NCBI GenBank assembly: GCA_963802225.1
Contig: CAWDHZ010000012.1
Span: 69,972 to 133,971 of the forward strand
DNA from: an uncultured delta proteobacterium
Lineage (GTDB): Bacteria > Desulfobacterota > Syntrophia > Syntrophales > UBA2192
DNA: 64,000 nt
Direction: 5' to 3'
Below are positions 54,401 to 64,000 of this stretch, piece after piece; the stretch's first letter is position 1, and every line of letters begins with the position of its first letter. Under the pieces are notes generated by a model, which worked only from the letters and a program-made list of their open reading frames with translations, had not been told where the DNA came from and made no database searches. The position numbers were made by a program, and so were the translations under genes.

Positions 54401-54428
54401 CCGAACCCTATACCCTGTACCCGATACC

Positions 54429-54442
<14 letters not shown>
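54401..54442. repeat. 7-nt CCCTATA-type array overlapping the kinase stop codon
   Basis: CCGAACC CTATACC CTGTACC CGATACC CTATCCC CTGTTTC. Confidence 0.85.
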
Positions 54443-57302
<2,860 letters not shown>

Positions 57303-57603
57303 GCAGTGATCCTGCTCGCGTTGTTTCGGAAGGCGGCGTGACTGCCCGCACAGCACAGCAATACGGGCATCCCGCAGGCGGTGCACACCTTACCGCCAAG
57401 ATAGCGATGCATGAAGCATACCAGCAACAGGCAGGCAAACATCACGCCGCGAGCCGCAGGCCGCAAGGCTTCAAAAGCGTTGGATTTCAAATAGTTATCC
57501 GGTGATGGGTTGCACCCTTTATCGGCTGCCCTTTCTGTGATAAAGAAGCAGCGGATGAGCCGCCGGCAACCGGCGGAATCGGATCGGAAAGGGCAGGATC
57601 ATC

Positions 57604-58194
57604 ATGGCAGCACCTCGACTTATTCTGGCCTCGGCTTCGCCCCGCCGCAAGGAGATGCTCCGGCTTGCCGGGGTTCGCTTTGTCATCCTGCACGGCAACG
57701 TGGACGAGGCGCCGGAGCCGGGGGAGGCCCCGGAGGAATATGCCCTGCGGCTCTCCGAGGCAAAGGCAAGGGCCGTTGCCGCAATGCGACCCGGCCGCTG
57801 GGTCCTGGGGGCGGACACGATCGTGACGATCGACGGTGAGCTTCTGGGCAAGCCGGCCACGCGGGACGAGGCCCGGTGCATGATCCGCAAGTTGAGCGGG
57901 CGCGAACACACGGTCATCACCGCGTTCACCCTGATGAACAGCGGGCGTGCGGAAGTCATTCGGCGGGCCGTCGCCTCGCAGGTCCGTTTCAAAGACGTCC
58001 CCGACGACGAGGTGGAGTGGTACGTGGCCACCGACGAGCCCTACGACAAGGCCGGCGGCTACGCCGTCCAGGGGAAGGCGTCTTTTCTCGTCTCCGAGAT
58101 CCACGGCTCCTGGACCAATGTCGTAGGGCTTCCGCTTTGCGAAGTCGTCGAGGCGCTGAAGGAGCTGGGCCTGGTAGATTTCAAACAGGAGTGA
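57604..58194 (+). CDS. maf: Maf-family nucleoside-triphosphate pyrophosphatase
   Basis: LILASASPRRKEMLRLAGV and KAGGYAVQG are Maf hallmarks. 196 aa. Confidence 0.9.
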   Translation: MAAPRLILASASPRRKEMLRLAGVRFVILHGNVDEAPEPGEAPEEYALRLSEAKARAVAAMRPGRWVLGADTIVTIDGELLGKPATRDEARCMIRKLSGREHTVITAFTLMNSGRAEVIRRAVASQVRFKDVPDDEVEWYVATDEPYDKAGGYAVQGKASFLVSEIHGSWTNVVGLPLCEVVEALKELGLVDFKQE

Positions 58195-58197
58195 TCC

Positions 58198-58890
58198 ATG
58201 TCCGAAGTGAACGAGAACATTCGTCGGATCCGGGAGCGGGTTGCGGCAGCAGCCGCGCGCGCAGGCCGTGACCCGGCCGGGGTGCGCCTCATGGCCGTCA
58301 CCAAGACCGTGAGCGATGAACGGATCCGGGAGGCCATCGGGGCCGGGATCGAGATCATCGGAGAGAACTACGTCCAGGAGGCAAAGCGGAAGATCGAGCT
58401 GATGGGCAAGAGCGTAGAGTGGCACCTCATCGGCCATCTGCAGACCAACAAGGCAAAGTACGCCGTGCGCCTCTTCGACATGATCCACTCCGTGAACCGG
58501 CTGAGCCTGGCCGAGGAGCTCAACCGGCGGGCCGCCGCCGCGGGAATCGTGAGCAGGATTCTCGTCGAAGTCAACCTGGGCGGGGAGGAATCGAAGAGCG
58601 GCGCTGCGCCCGATGAGGCACCGGATCTGATCCGGGTCATCGCCGCAGGGATGCCGAACCTTTCGATCCAGGGCCTCATGACCATGGCGCCCTGGTATGA
58701 CGATCCCGAGAAGGCGAGGCCCTGCTTTACGGGCCTGCGGGCGCTGCGCGACCGCATTTTCGCCGAGAACATCCCGAACGTCACCATGCGGGATCTCTCC
58801 ATGGGGATGACGGATGACTTCGAGGTGGCCGTCGAGGAAGGCGCCACCCTGGTGCGGATCGGGCGGGCGATCTTCGGGGAGCGGAAGTAA
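58198..58890 (+). CDS. yggS: YggS-family pyridoxal-phosphate homeostasis protein
   Basis: LMAVTKTVS (PLP Lys), GENYVQE, WHLIGHLQTNK and LSMGMTDDFEVAVEEGATLVRIG. 230 aa. Confidence 0.9.
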   Translation: MSEVNENIRRIRERVAAAAARAGRDPAGVRLMAVTKTVSDERIREAIGAGIEIIGENYVQEAKRKIELMGKSVEWHLIGHLQTNKAKYAVRLFDMIHSVNRLSLAEELNRRAAAAGIVSRILVEVNLGGEESKSGAAPDEAPDLIRVIAAGMPNLSIQGLMTMAPWYDDPEKARPCFTGLRALRDRIFAENIPNVTMRDLSMGMTDDFEVAVEEGATLVRIGRAIFGERK

Positions 58891-58906
58891 GCCGTGATCA
58901 ATAAAA

Positions 58907-58955
58907 AAATCCCCCTCTTTCCCCCTTTGAAAAAGGGGGATGGAAGGGGGATTTT
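58907..58955. repeat. 47-nt palindromic element, copy 2; looks like a bidirectional terminator between convergent yggS and the HD-nuclease gene
   Basis: AAAAAAA-TCCCCCTCTTTCCCCCTTTGAAAAAGGGGGATGGAAGGGGGA-TTTTCTT. An A-run lies upstream and a T-run downstream of the hairpin. Confidence 0.85.
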
Positions 58956-58959
58956 CTTA

Positions 58960-59032
58960 CCTTGTGCCTTGGTGCCCGTGTATTTCCTATACCTAGACCC
59001 TCTACCCTCTACCCCGTTTCTACGCCCCTGCC
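58960..59032. repeat. 7-nt CCTNNNC-type degenerate array
   Basis: CCTTGTG CCTTGGTG CCCGTG..., then CCTATAC CTAGACC CTCTACC CTCTACC CCGTTTC TACGCCC CTGCC. It overlaps the stop of the HD-nuclease gene. Confidence 0.8.
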
Positions 59033-59976
59033 TTTCCCTTATAGAGAAACCTTTCGAAGAACCGGTGGAAGAGGGTCCACTCCGATTCCTCGTTGCCGGA
59101 ATTCCCGATAAAGGCCTGGAAGGCCGTCACTTTGGCGTCCAGATCGTCGACGAAATGGACGATGAGGGCCTCCATGGTCTTGGGACGCTTGGGAGAGCCG
59201 AAATCGAGCTCGCCGTGATGGGCAAGGACCACGTGCTTGAGCTCCAGAGCCAAGCCCTCCGGGAACCCGTCGATGGCCGCAATCCTCCGGTCGAGCATTT
59301 CCACTCCGAGGTAGATGTGCCCCAGGAGCCGCCCCGGTGTCGAGTAATCGATGGCCCGGTCGTAGGAAAATTCCTCGATCTTGCCGATGTCGTGCAGGAT
59401 CCCGCCGGCAATCAGCATGTCGCGGCTCACCGCCGGGTAGTGACTCGCCAGGAAGTCAAGGATCCGCACCATGGACAGGGTGTGCTCCAGGAGCCCCCCA
59501 AGGTAGGCGTGGTGGAATCCTTTTGCGGCAGGCGCCCTTTTGAGCCGCGCGGCCAGATCCCCGTCGCCCAGAAAGTTCTCCAGCAGTTTTTTCAGCCAGG
59601 GGTTCTCCACCGAGGCCACATAGCCCGACAGCGCGGTGAACATCTCTTCAACGTCGCCCTTCGTGGTGGGGAAATAATCCCAGGGGTCGATGTCGGTCTC
59701 CTCTATTCTGCGGATGTCCAGGACAGCGAGTTGCGTGCTGTCGCGGTAGCTGACGGCGCGGCCCTGCACGAAGACGATGTCGCTTTTTTTAAAGAGCGGG
59801 TCGAGGGCGGGCACGTTGTCCCAGACTCGCCCTTCGATGTCCCCCGTCCTGTCACGGAGCCGGATGCTCAGATAAGGCGCACCCTTCTGGGAATAGGCGA
59901 GATTCTTTTCCATGACGAGAAACGACGCCTTGATCTTCTCGCCTGCCTTGATGTCTTTCACGTATAAGGATTTCAT
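59020..59976 (-). CDS. OB-fold + HD-domain 3'-5' exoribonuclease (YhaM-like)
   Basis: N-terminal OB region (FLVMEKNLAYSQKGAPYLSIRLRDRTGDIEGRVW). HD motifs HHAYLGGLLEHT and ILHDIGK. Confidence 0.7.
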   Translation of the reverse strand: MKSLYVKDIKAGEKIKASFLVMEKNLAYSQKGAPYLSIRLRDRTGDIEGRVWDNVPALDPLFKKSDIVFVQGRAVSYRDSTQLAVLDIRRIEETDIDPWDYFPTTKGDVEEMFTALSGYVASVENPWLKKLLENFLGDGDLAARLKRAPAAKGFHHAYLGGLLEHTLSMVRILDFLASHYPAVSRDMLIAGGILHDIGKIEEFSYDRAIDYSTPGRLLGHIYLGVEMLDRRIAAIDGFPEGLALELKHVVLAHHGELDFGSPKRPKTMEALIVHFVDDLDAKVTAFQAFIGNSGNEESEWTLFHRFFERFLYKGKAGA

Positions 59977-60002
59977 CCATTTCCTTCCTGTTGTTTATTG
60001 AC

Positions 60003-60090
60003 TGAAGCCTGAGAGCTCTTTCTTTTTTCCTCCCACCTGGTACCTGTCATCTGCTGCCTGTAGCCTGTGGCCTTGTTTGCCTACGCCTTG
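60003..60090. repeat. 7-nt CCTGNNN-type degenerate array
   Basis: TGAAGCCTGAGAGC..., then CCTCCCA CCTGGTA CCTGTCA TCTGCTG CCTGTAG CCTGTGG CCTTGTT TGCCTAC GCCTTGA. It overlaps the fdhD stop. Confidence 0.8.
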
Positions 60091-60872
60091 ATGGCTTTGC
60101 TTCCCGCATAGACCGTGAAAGACCCGCTCCGCACATACCCCACGACCACGATCCCCAGCGACTCGGCCAGCATGACGGCCCGCGAGGTGGCCGCCGAGTG
60201 GGAGACGATGACGGGAACCCCCATCCGCCAGGCCTTGGAGACGATTTCCGAGGAGACGCGCCCCGTCGTCAAAAGAATCTTGTCGGAAAGGTCGACGCCT
60301 TCGGTGAGCGCCCACCCGCAGAGCATGTCGATCGTGTTGTGCCGCCCGATGTCCTCCCGTGCCGCGAGGATGCCCTGCAGTCCGGCCAGGGCCGAGCAGT
60401 GGGTGCCCCGTGTGCGCTCGTGAATCACCGTGGCCGCAAGGAGCGCATCCATCAGACTCAGAACCGTTTGAGCATCGAGCTCCGGGCGGGCCTGAAGGAC
60501 GGCACTTTTATTCCCTTCCGCCTGGAACGAGCGGCTGCCGCGGGAGCCGCTCGAGGCAATCGTCTTTCCCGTCGCCGGGGAGGGCCTAGAGCCCCTGCCG
60601 CCCCGGGTCCGTATGTCGACCCGGTCGGACGAGAAGGTCATTTGCATGATATCCTCAGCCGTCTCGATCAGGCCTTCCTGTTTCGCAAACCCTGTCGCAA
60701 GCTCCCGCAGGTGAAGACCCGCGCAGGCAATGGTCACGACGAGACCGCCATCGACGAAGACCTCCAGGAGCATCTCGCGGACCACGTCCACCGGGGCCCC
60801 GGAGAATCGCTTTCCGTCGAAGCGGCGCAGGCTCAGCTGCTCGATCCCTTCCGTTCCGGCCGGTTTTTTCAT
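60081..60872 (-). CDS. fdhD: FdhD-family formate-dehydrogenase accessory protein (Cys loop not evident)
   Basis: 263 aa. REDIGRHNTIDML and TGRVSSEIVSKAWRMGVPVIVSHSAATS are FdhD-like. ATGA overlap with the selB stop. Confidence 0.8.
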   Translation of the reverse strand: MKKPAGTEGIEQLSLRRFDGKRFSGAPVDVVREMLLEVFVDGGLVVTIACAGLHLRELATGFAKQEGLIETAEDIMQMTFSSDRVDIRTRGGRGSRPSPATGKTIASSGSRGSRSFQAEGNKSAVLQARPELDAQTVLSLMDALLAATVIHERTRGTHCSALAGLQGILAAREDIGRHNTIDMLCGWALTEGVDLSDKILLTTGRVSSEIVSKAWRMGVPVIVSHSAATSRAVMLAESLGIVVVGYVRSGSFTVYAGSKAIKA

Positions 60873-62788
60873 CGCTGCTGCCTCTCCCTCAGCGTCCGGT
60901 GATCGCCCACGCGGATGGTGAGCTTCGTGGCGTCGAAATATTCCATGAGGGGGATGATGTACTTGCGGGAAAGACCCGTGAGGTCCTTGAAGGTGGCCGG
61001 TGTGGCCTTCCCGTCCCTCGTCAGAGCCGCTGAGTAGTCCTCTTTCAGCTTTCCCATCGGCTCGCTGTGGAAAAAGAGATCCTCGGTGACCTTCACGAGC
61101 ACCCCTTCGTTGAGAAGCACCCCGAGCACGCTCAGGATCTCGGCCTTCTTCCCCTTGAGCGCCTCCATGACCTCCTTGACGGAAGGCGGCGTCAGCTGCG
61201 CTTCGCGGTAGATCGTATCGATCCTTCCTCCCAGGTCTCCCAGATTTCCCTTGAGATCGACGCGGTGTGCCGCAAGCCGCACGTGCTCCCGGTCGGCGAG
61301 GATCCTCTTCTCGTTTTCCAGCTCCTTCAGGGCCATGTTGAAAAGCTTGCTCTCGAGCTCCTGGCCTGCCGTCGTCCGCAGCTCCTCCTTGGGCACGCCC
61401 TCCTTGAGGGGGAACCGCTGGTGGTAGAGGCCGATCTCCTGGAGAAGCTCCTCCTTTAATCCCTGGTAGGCGGGAAACGAAACGATCCGGGTCTCTTCCC
61501 TGTCGATGCGGATGATGGCCTTCTTTTCGGCCATGTCCTTCAGGATCCGGTTCAGATCGCCCAGCGGGATCCCCGTCCTCACGGCAAGCCGGCTCGACGT
61601 GAGCCCTTGAACCCCCGTGCGCCCCAGGATCACGGCCACCCGCTCGACGTCAGTCCCCGTGCGGAGCGACTCCAGCTCCACGGCAAACCGCTCCTTCGTC
61701 TTTTTCTGCTTCACGGCATCGGGGTCGAGGATCTCGCCGCCGCCCACCGTGCGGATGGGGGAGTAGCTGCGGATCACGAACCGGTCCCTGCCCATGGTCA
61801 CGACGGGCTCTTCCAGCAGCAGCTGGGCGTAGACCTTCTGCCCCGGCTGGAGCTCCTCGCGGTCGAGAAGGACGACGCGGGCCATGATCTCGTTCGTCCC
61901 CGTGTGGAAGCGAGTGAGCGCGCGGTTCTTCAGTACCCGGCCCGCCCCCGCAAGATACTCGAGATGGACGTCGAGGCGCTGGGAGGGCTCGAAGATGTTC
62001 GGATGGGCCACCACGTCGCCCCGCTCCAGCGCGGTGCGCTCGACGCCCTGCAGGTTGATGGCGGTGCGCTGCCCGGCTTCGGCGTCTTCCTGCGACTCGT
62101 TGTGGACCTGGATGCCGCGCACCTTGGCGTGGATGCGCTGGGGCAGGACCTCGACGGTGTCGCCCACGCTCACGCGACCGGAGACGAGGGTCCCCGTGAC
62201 GACGCTGCCGAATCCCTTCATGGTGAAAACCCGGTCGACGGGAATCCGGAAGAGGCCGCTGTCGCGGCGCTCGCCGATCCGGGAGGCCATCTCCTCGATG
62301 GCGGCTGTAAGCTCTGCAATCCCTTCCCCCGTGACGACGGACACCGGGATGATAGGCGCTCCATCGAGAAAGGTCGTCTTCATGAACCCGCGCACGTCAT
62401 CTCGCACGAGCGAAAGCCAGTCGGCGTCGACCAGGTCGATCTTGGTGAGTGCGATGATGCCGCTTTGGATCCCGAGCAGGGTGCAGATGTCGAGGTGCTC
62501 GCTCGTCTGGGGCATGACCCCCTCGTCGGCGGCGATCACGAGAAGAACCATGTCGATGCCGGTGGCGCCGGCCACCATGTGCTTGACGAATTTCTCGTGG
62601 CCCGGCACATCGACGACGCCGAGGGCATCGCCGTTTTCGAGGGGTAGGGAAGCAAAGCCCAATTCGATCGTGATCCCCCGCTCCTTCTCCTCCTTCAACC
62701 GGTCCGTGTCCACGCCGGTGAGGGCCTTGACGAGCGAAGTCTTCCCGTGATCGACATGACCTGCCGTGCCCAGAATAATGTGCTTCAT
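60869..62788 (-). CDS. selB: Selenocysteine-specific translation elongation factor
   Basis: [25 protein letters not shown]...[18 protein letters not shown] GTPase. 639 aa with C-terminal winged-helix repeats. Confidence 0.9.
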   Translation of the reverse strand: MKHIILGTAGHVDHGKTSLVKALTGVDTDRLKEEKERGITIELGFASLPLENGDALGVVDVPGHEKFVKHMVAGATGIDMVLLVIAADEGVMPQTSEHLDICTLLGIQSGIIALTKIDLVDADWLSLVRDDVRGFMKTTFLDGAPIIPVSVVTGEGIAELTAAIEEMASRIGERRDSGLFRIPVDRVFTMKGFGSVVTGTLVSGRVSVGDTVEVLPQRIHAKVRGIQVHNESQEDAEAGQRTAINLQGVERTALERGDVVAHPNIFEPSQRLDVHLEYLAGAGRVLKNRALTRFHTGTNEIMARVVLLDREELQPGQKVYAQLLLEEPVVTMGRDRFVIRSYSPIRTVGGGEILDPDAVKQKKTKERFAVELESLRTGTDVERVAVILGRTGVQGLTSSRLAVRTGIPLGDLNRILKDMAEKKAIIRIDREETRIVSFPAYQGLKEELLQEIGLYHQRFPLKEGVPKEELRTTAGQELESKLFNMALKELENEKRILADREHVRLAAHRVDLKGNLGDLGGRIDTIYREAQLTPPSVKEVMEALKGKKAEILSVLGVLLNEGVLVKVTEDLFFHSEPMGKLKEDYSAALTRDGKATPATFKDLTGLSRKYIIPLMEYFDATKLTIRVGDHRTLRERQQR

Positions 62789-62899
62789 GAAATCCGATCC
62801 TGCTTGCCGGTCGCGTCATTCGCAGCGGAAAAACGGACAATCCGTCATGAGATAACAGAATTCCTGCCGTTACTCAATCTCAAAGATTGCACGGATCGA

Positions 62900-63014
62900 G
62901 GTCTAGGGTATGAGGTGATAGGCGACAGCCGTAAGTGAAGCAGCCTCAGTAAGAGTCCTGACTACCTGTTACACTGTTACCGGCTGTAGGCTGTCGGCTG
63001 TTGGCTATTAGCCC
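62900..63014. repeat. Composite: inverted CCCTATA-type units, then ACAGCC / GGCTGTN arrays of opposite polarity
   Basis: GGTCTAGGGTATGAGGTGATAGG; then GCGACAGCCGTAAGTGAAGCAGCCTCAG; then GGCTGTA GGCTGTC GGCTGTT GGCTATT AGCCC. Confidence 0.8.
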
Positions 63015-63051
63015 TTGCGCACGGCTCCCCTATCCTTTATATATACCCCCC

Positions 63052-63484
63052 ATGAGAATTCTCGCGATCGACTACGGGGAGAAACGAATCGGCCTGGCCG
63101 TCTCCGACGAGTTGGGGATCACGGCGCGGGGGATCTCCGTCATCGAGCGCAAATCGAAGAAGACGGATTTGGAGGCCATCGCCGCGGCCGTTTCGGAGTA
63201 TGGCGTCGGCACGATCGTCGTCGGCTATCCCCTGAGACTCGACGGCTCGGCGGGCATCCAGTGCCGGAAGGTGGACCGCTTCATCGCCTCCCTCAAAGAG
63301 GCCATTGCCGTTTCCGTCATCGCCTGGGACGAAACGCTTGTCGACGAAGGAAGCCGAGGAGCTGATGCGCGAGGCGGGCGTGAAGCGCAAAAAGAAGCGG
63401 GGCATGGTGGACCGGATCGCCGCCGCCGTCATCCTGCAGGACTATCTGAACCAAAAGGCCCGTCACGGGGGAGGCAACCCGTGA
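63052..63484 (+). pseudogene. ruvX: RuvX/YqgF putative pre-16S rRNA nuclease with an apparent +1 frameshift near 63338
   Basis: The frame from ATG 63052 gives MRILAIDYGEKRIGLAVSDELGITARG...VIAWDETLVD. The conserved C-terminus TKEAEELMREAGVKRKKKRGMVDRIAAAVILQDYLNQ is in the next frame and ends at TGA 63482-63484. Not in the ORF track, because the first frame reads on into mltG without a stop. Confidence 0.7.
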
Positions 63485-64000
63485 AGCCCTTCGCATTTCT
63501 CCGACGGTACCGGCTCTCGGTCTTCGCGCTCTTCGCAGCAGCGGGAATCCTTGCGGCATTCTGGGTTCTCGGCACCCTCCGGCATCCCGCCGCCGGGGAA
63601 GACGATATCGTCCTCGTGAACATCCCCCGGGGCACGCCCTTCGCCCAGGTCGTGAACCTCCTCGACGAAAAGGGTCTCATCCGGAGCCGGCTTGTCTTCC
63701 GGGCCATGGCCTATTTTTACAGCGCCCCCCAGCAGATCAAGGCCGGCGAGTATGAATTCTCCAAAGTCATGCCGCCCGGAAAAATATTGGAAAAACTCAT
63801 CAACGGGGACATGAAAAAACACACCATCGTGGTCCCCGAGGGGTTCACCGTGCGCCTGATCGCAGCGCGCCTTGCCGCGAAGGGTCTTGTCGAAGAGAAG
63901 GAGTTCCTGCGCCTCGCGAGGGACAAGGAATTCCTGGCCACCCTGAAGATCCCGGCGGCAAGCGCCGAAGGGTTCCTCTTCCCCGACACGTACAACTTCG
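63481..64000 (+). CDS. mltG: MltG/YceG endolytic murein transglycosylase (5' part; runs off the window)
   Basis: A GTG at 63481 overlaps the ruvX stop (GTGA). VKPFAFLRRYRLSVFALFAAAGILAAFWVL is the anchor, followed by IKAGEYEF, VPEGFTV and GFLFPDTY, which are YceG hallmarks. Confidence 0.8.
   Translation, partial: MKPFAFLRRYRLSVFALFAAAGILAAFWVLGTLRHPAAGEDDIVLVNIPRGTPFAQVVNLLDEKGLIRSRLVFRAMAYFYSAPQQIKAGEYEFSKVMPPGKILEKLINGDMKKHTIVVPEGFTVRLIAARLAAKGLVEEKEFLRLARDKEFLATLKIPAASAEGFLFPDTYNF

Noticed and set aside
57487-59967. ORF 57487..58488 (-) 333 aa and ORF 58894..59967 (+) 357 aa.
   Set aside because: They lie opposite the clearly recognisable maf/yggS and HD-nuclease genes. The start of 58894..59967 is just a translation of the palindromic repeat (PLFPPLKKGDGRG).
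63015-63365. ORF 63015..63365 (+) 116 aa, considered as the gene at this position.
   Set aside because: It is in the wrong frame and Arg-rich. The YqgF/RuvX sequence is in the frame starting at ATG 63052.

Overview
64 kb of a high-GC bacterial chromosome (about 60% GC by eye, not computed). All but about eight genes lie on the minus strand. The gene content suggests an anaerobic Deltaproteobacteria-like (Thermodesulfobacteria-type) organism, but that is a guess: CimA with archaeal-type LeuCD, SelB/FdhD, MlaDE, an FeS aldo/keto reductase and many PAS/hybrid histidine kinases.

Layout:
1. 1-22.0 kb: surface-polysaccharide locus. It holds two tandem secreted beta-helix paralogs, a Wzy/O-antigen-ligase-like protein, an AsnB-like amidotransferase, ChbG- and CE4-like deacetylases, four glycosyltransferases, a WbpB/WbpD/WbpE-like diacetamido-sugar module, an SDR epimerase and two FemAB/GNAT-like genes.
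2. 22.0-27.6 kb: a visibly AT-richer block. It starts with a 1.66 kb stretch that has no convincing gene, followed by SRPBCC, alpha/beta-hydrolase, GNAT and FeS-aldo/keto-reductase genes.
3. 27.7-35.2 kb: a DUF218 protein, then a PfkB kinase, an atypical flavoprotein and two tiny membrane paralogs, then a MlaE / degenerate-ATPase / MlaD / TPR-lipoprotein operon.
4. 35.4-39.3 kb: cimA-leuC-leuD, preceded by an isoleucine-rich leader peptide and a terminator.
5. 39.3-41.8 kb: a papain-family peptidase (N-terminus broken by two apparent frameshifts) and a lipoprotein.
6. 41.9-48.4 kb: an HlyD / 2x ABC ATPase / 2x ABC-2 permease / TolC efflux operon.
7. 48.9-57.3 kb: a seven-gene phosphorelay / partner-switching / c-di-GMP cluster.
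8. 57.6-64.0 kb: maf, yggS, a YhaM-like HD nuclease, fdhD, selB, ruvX (apparent frameshift) and mltG.

Most notable findings:
- Degenerate 7-9 nt tandem arrays, often paired as inverted arrays, fill almost every intergenic spacer from 31.6 to 63.0 kb, and a 47-nt palindromic element occurs twice.
- A putative Ile-specific leader-peptide attenuator sits in front of the citramalate-pathway genes.
- Two unrelated secreted proteins share a Gly-run + CFIA(T/G)AA(F/Y)GS...LREFRD.YLL + TM C-terminal module.

I recognised no rRNA, tRNA, CRISPR array, transposase or integrase. All similarity statements are by-eye motif recognition; no searches or folding were run.
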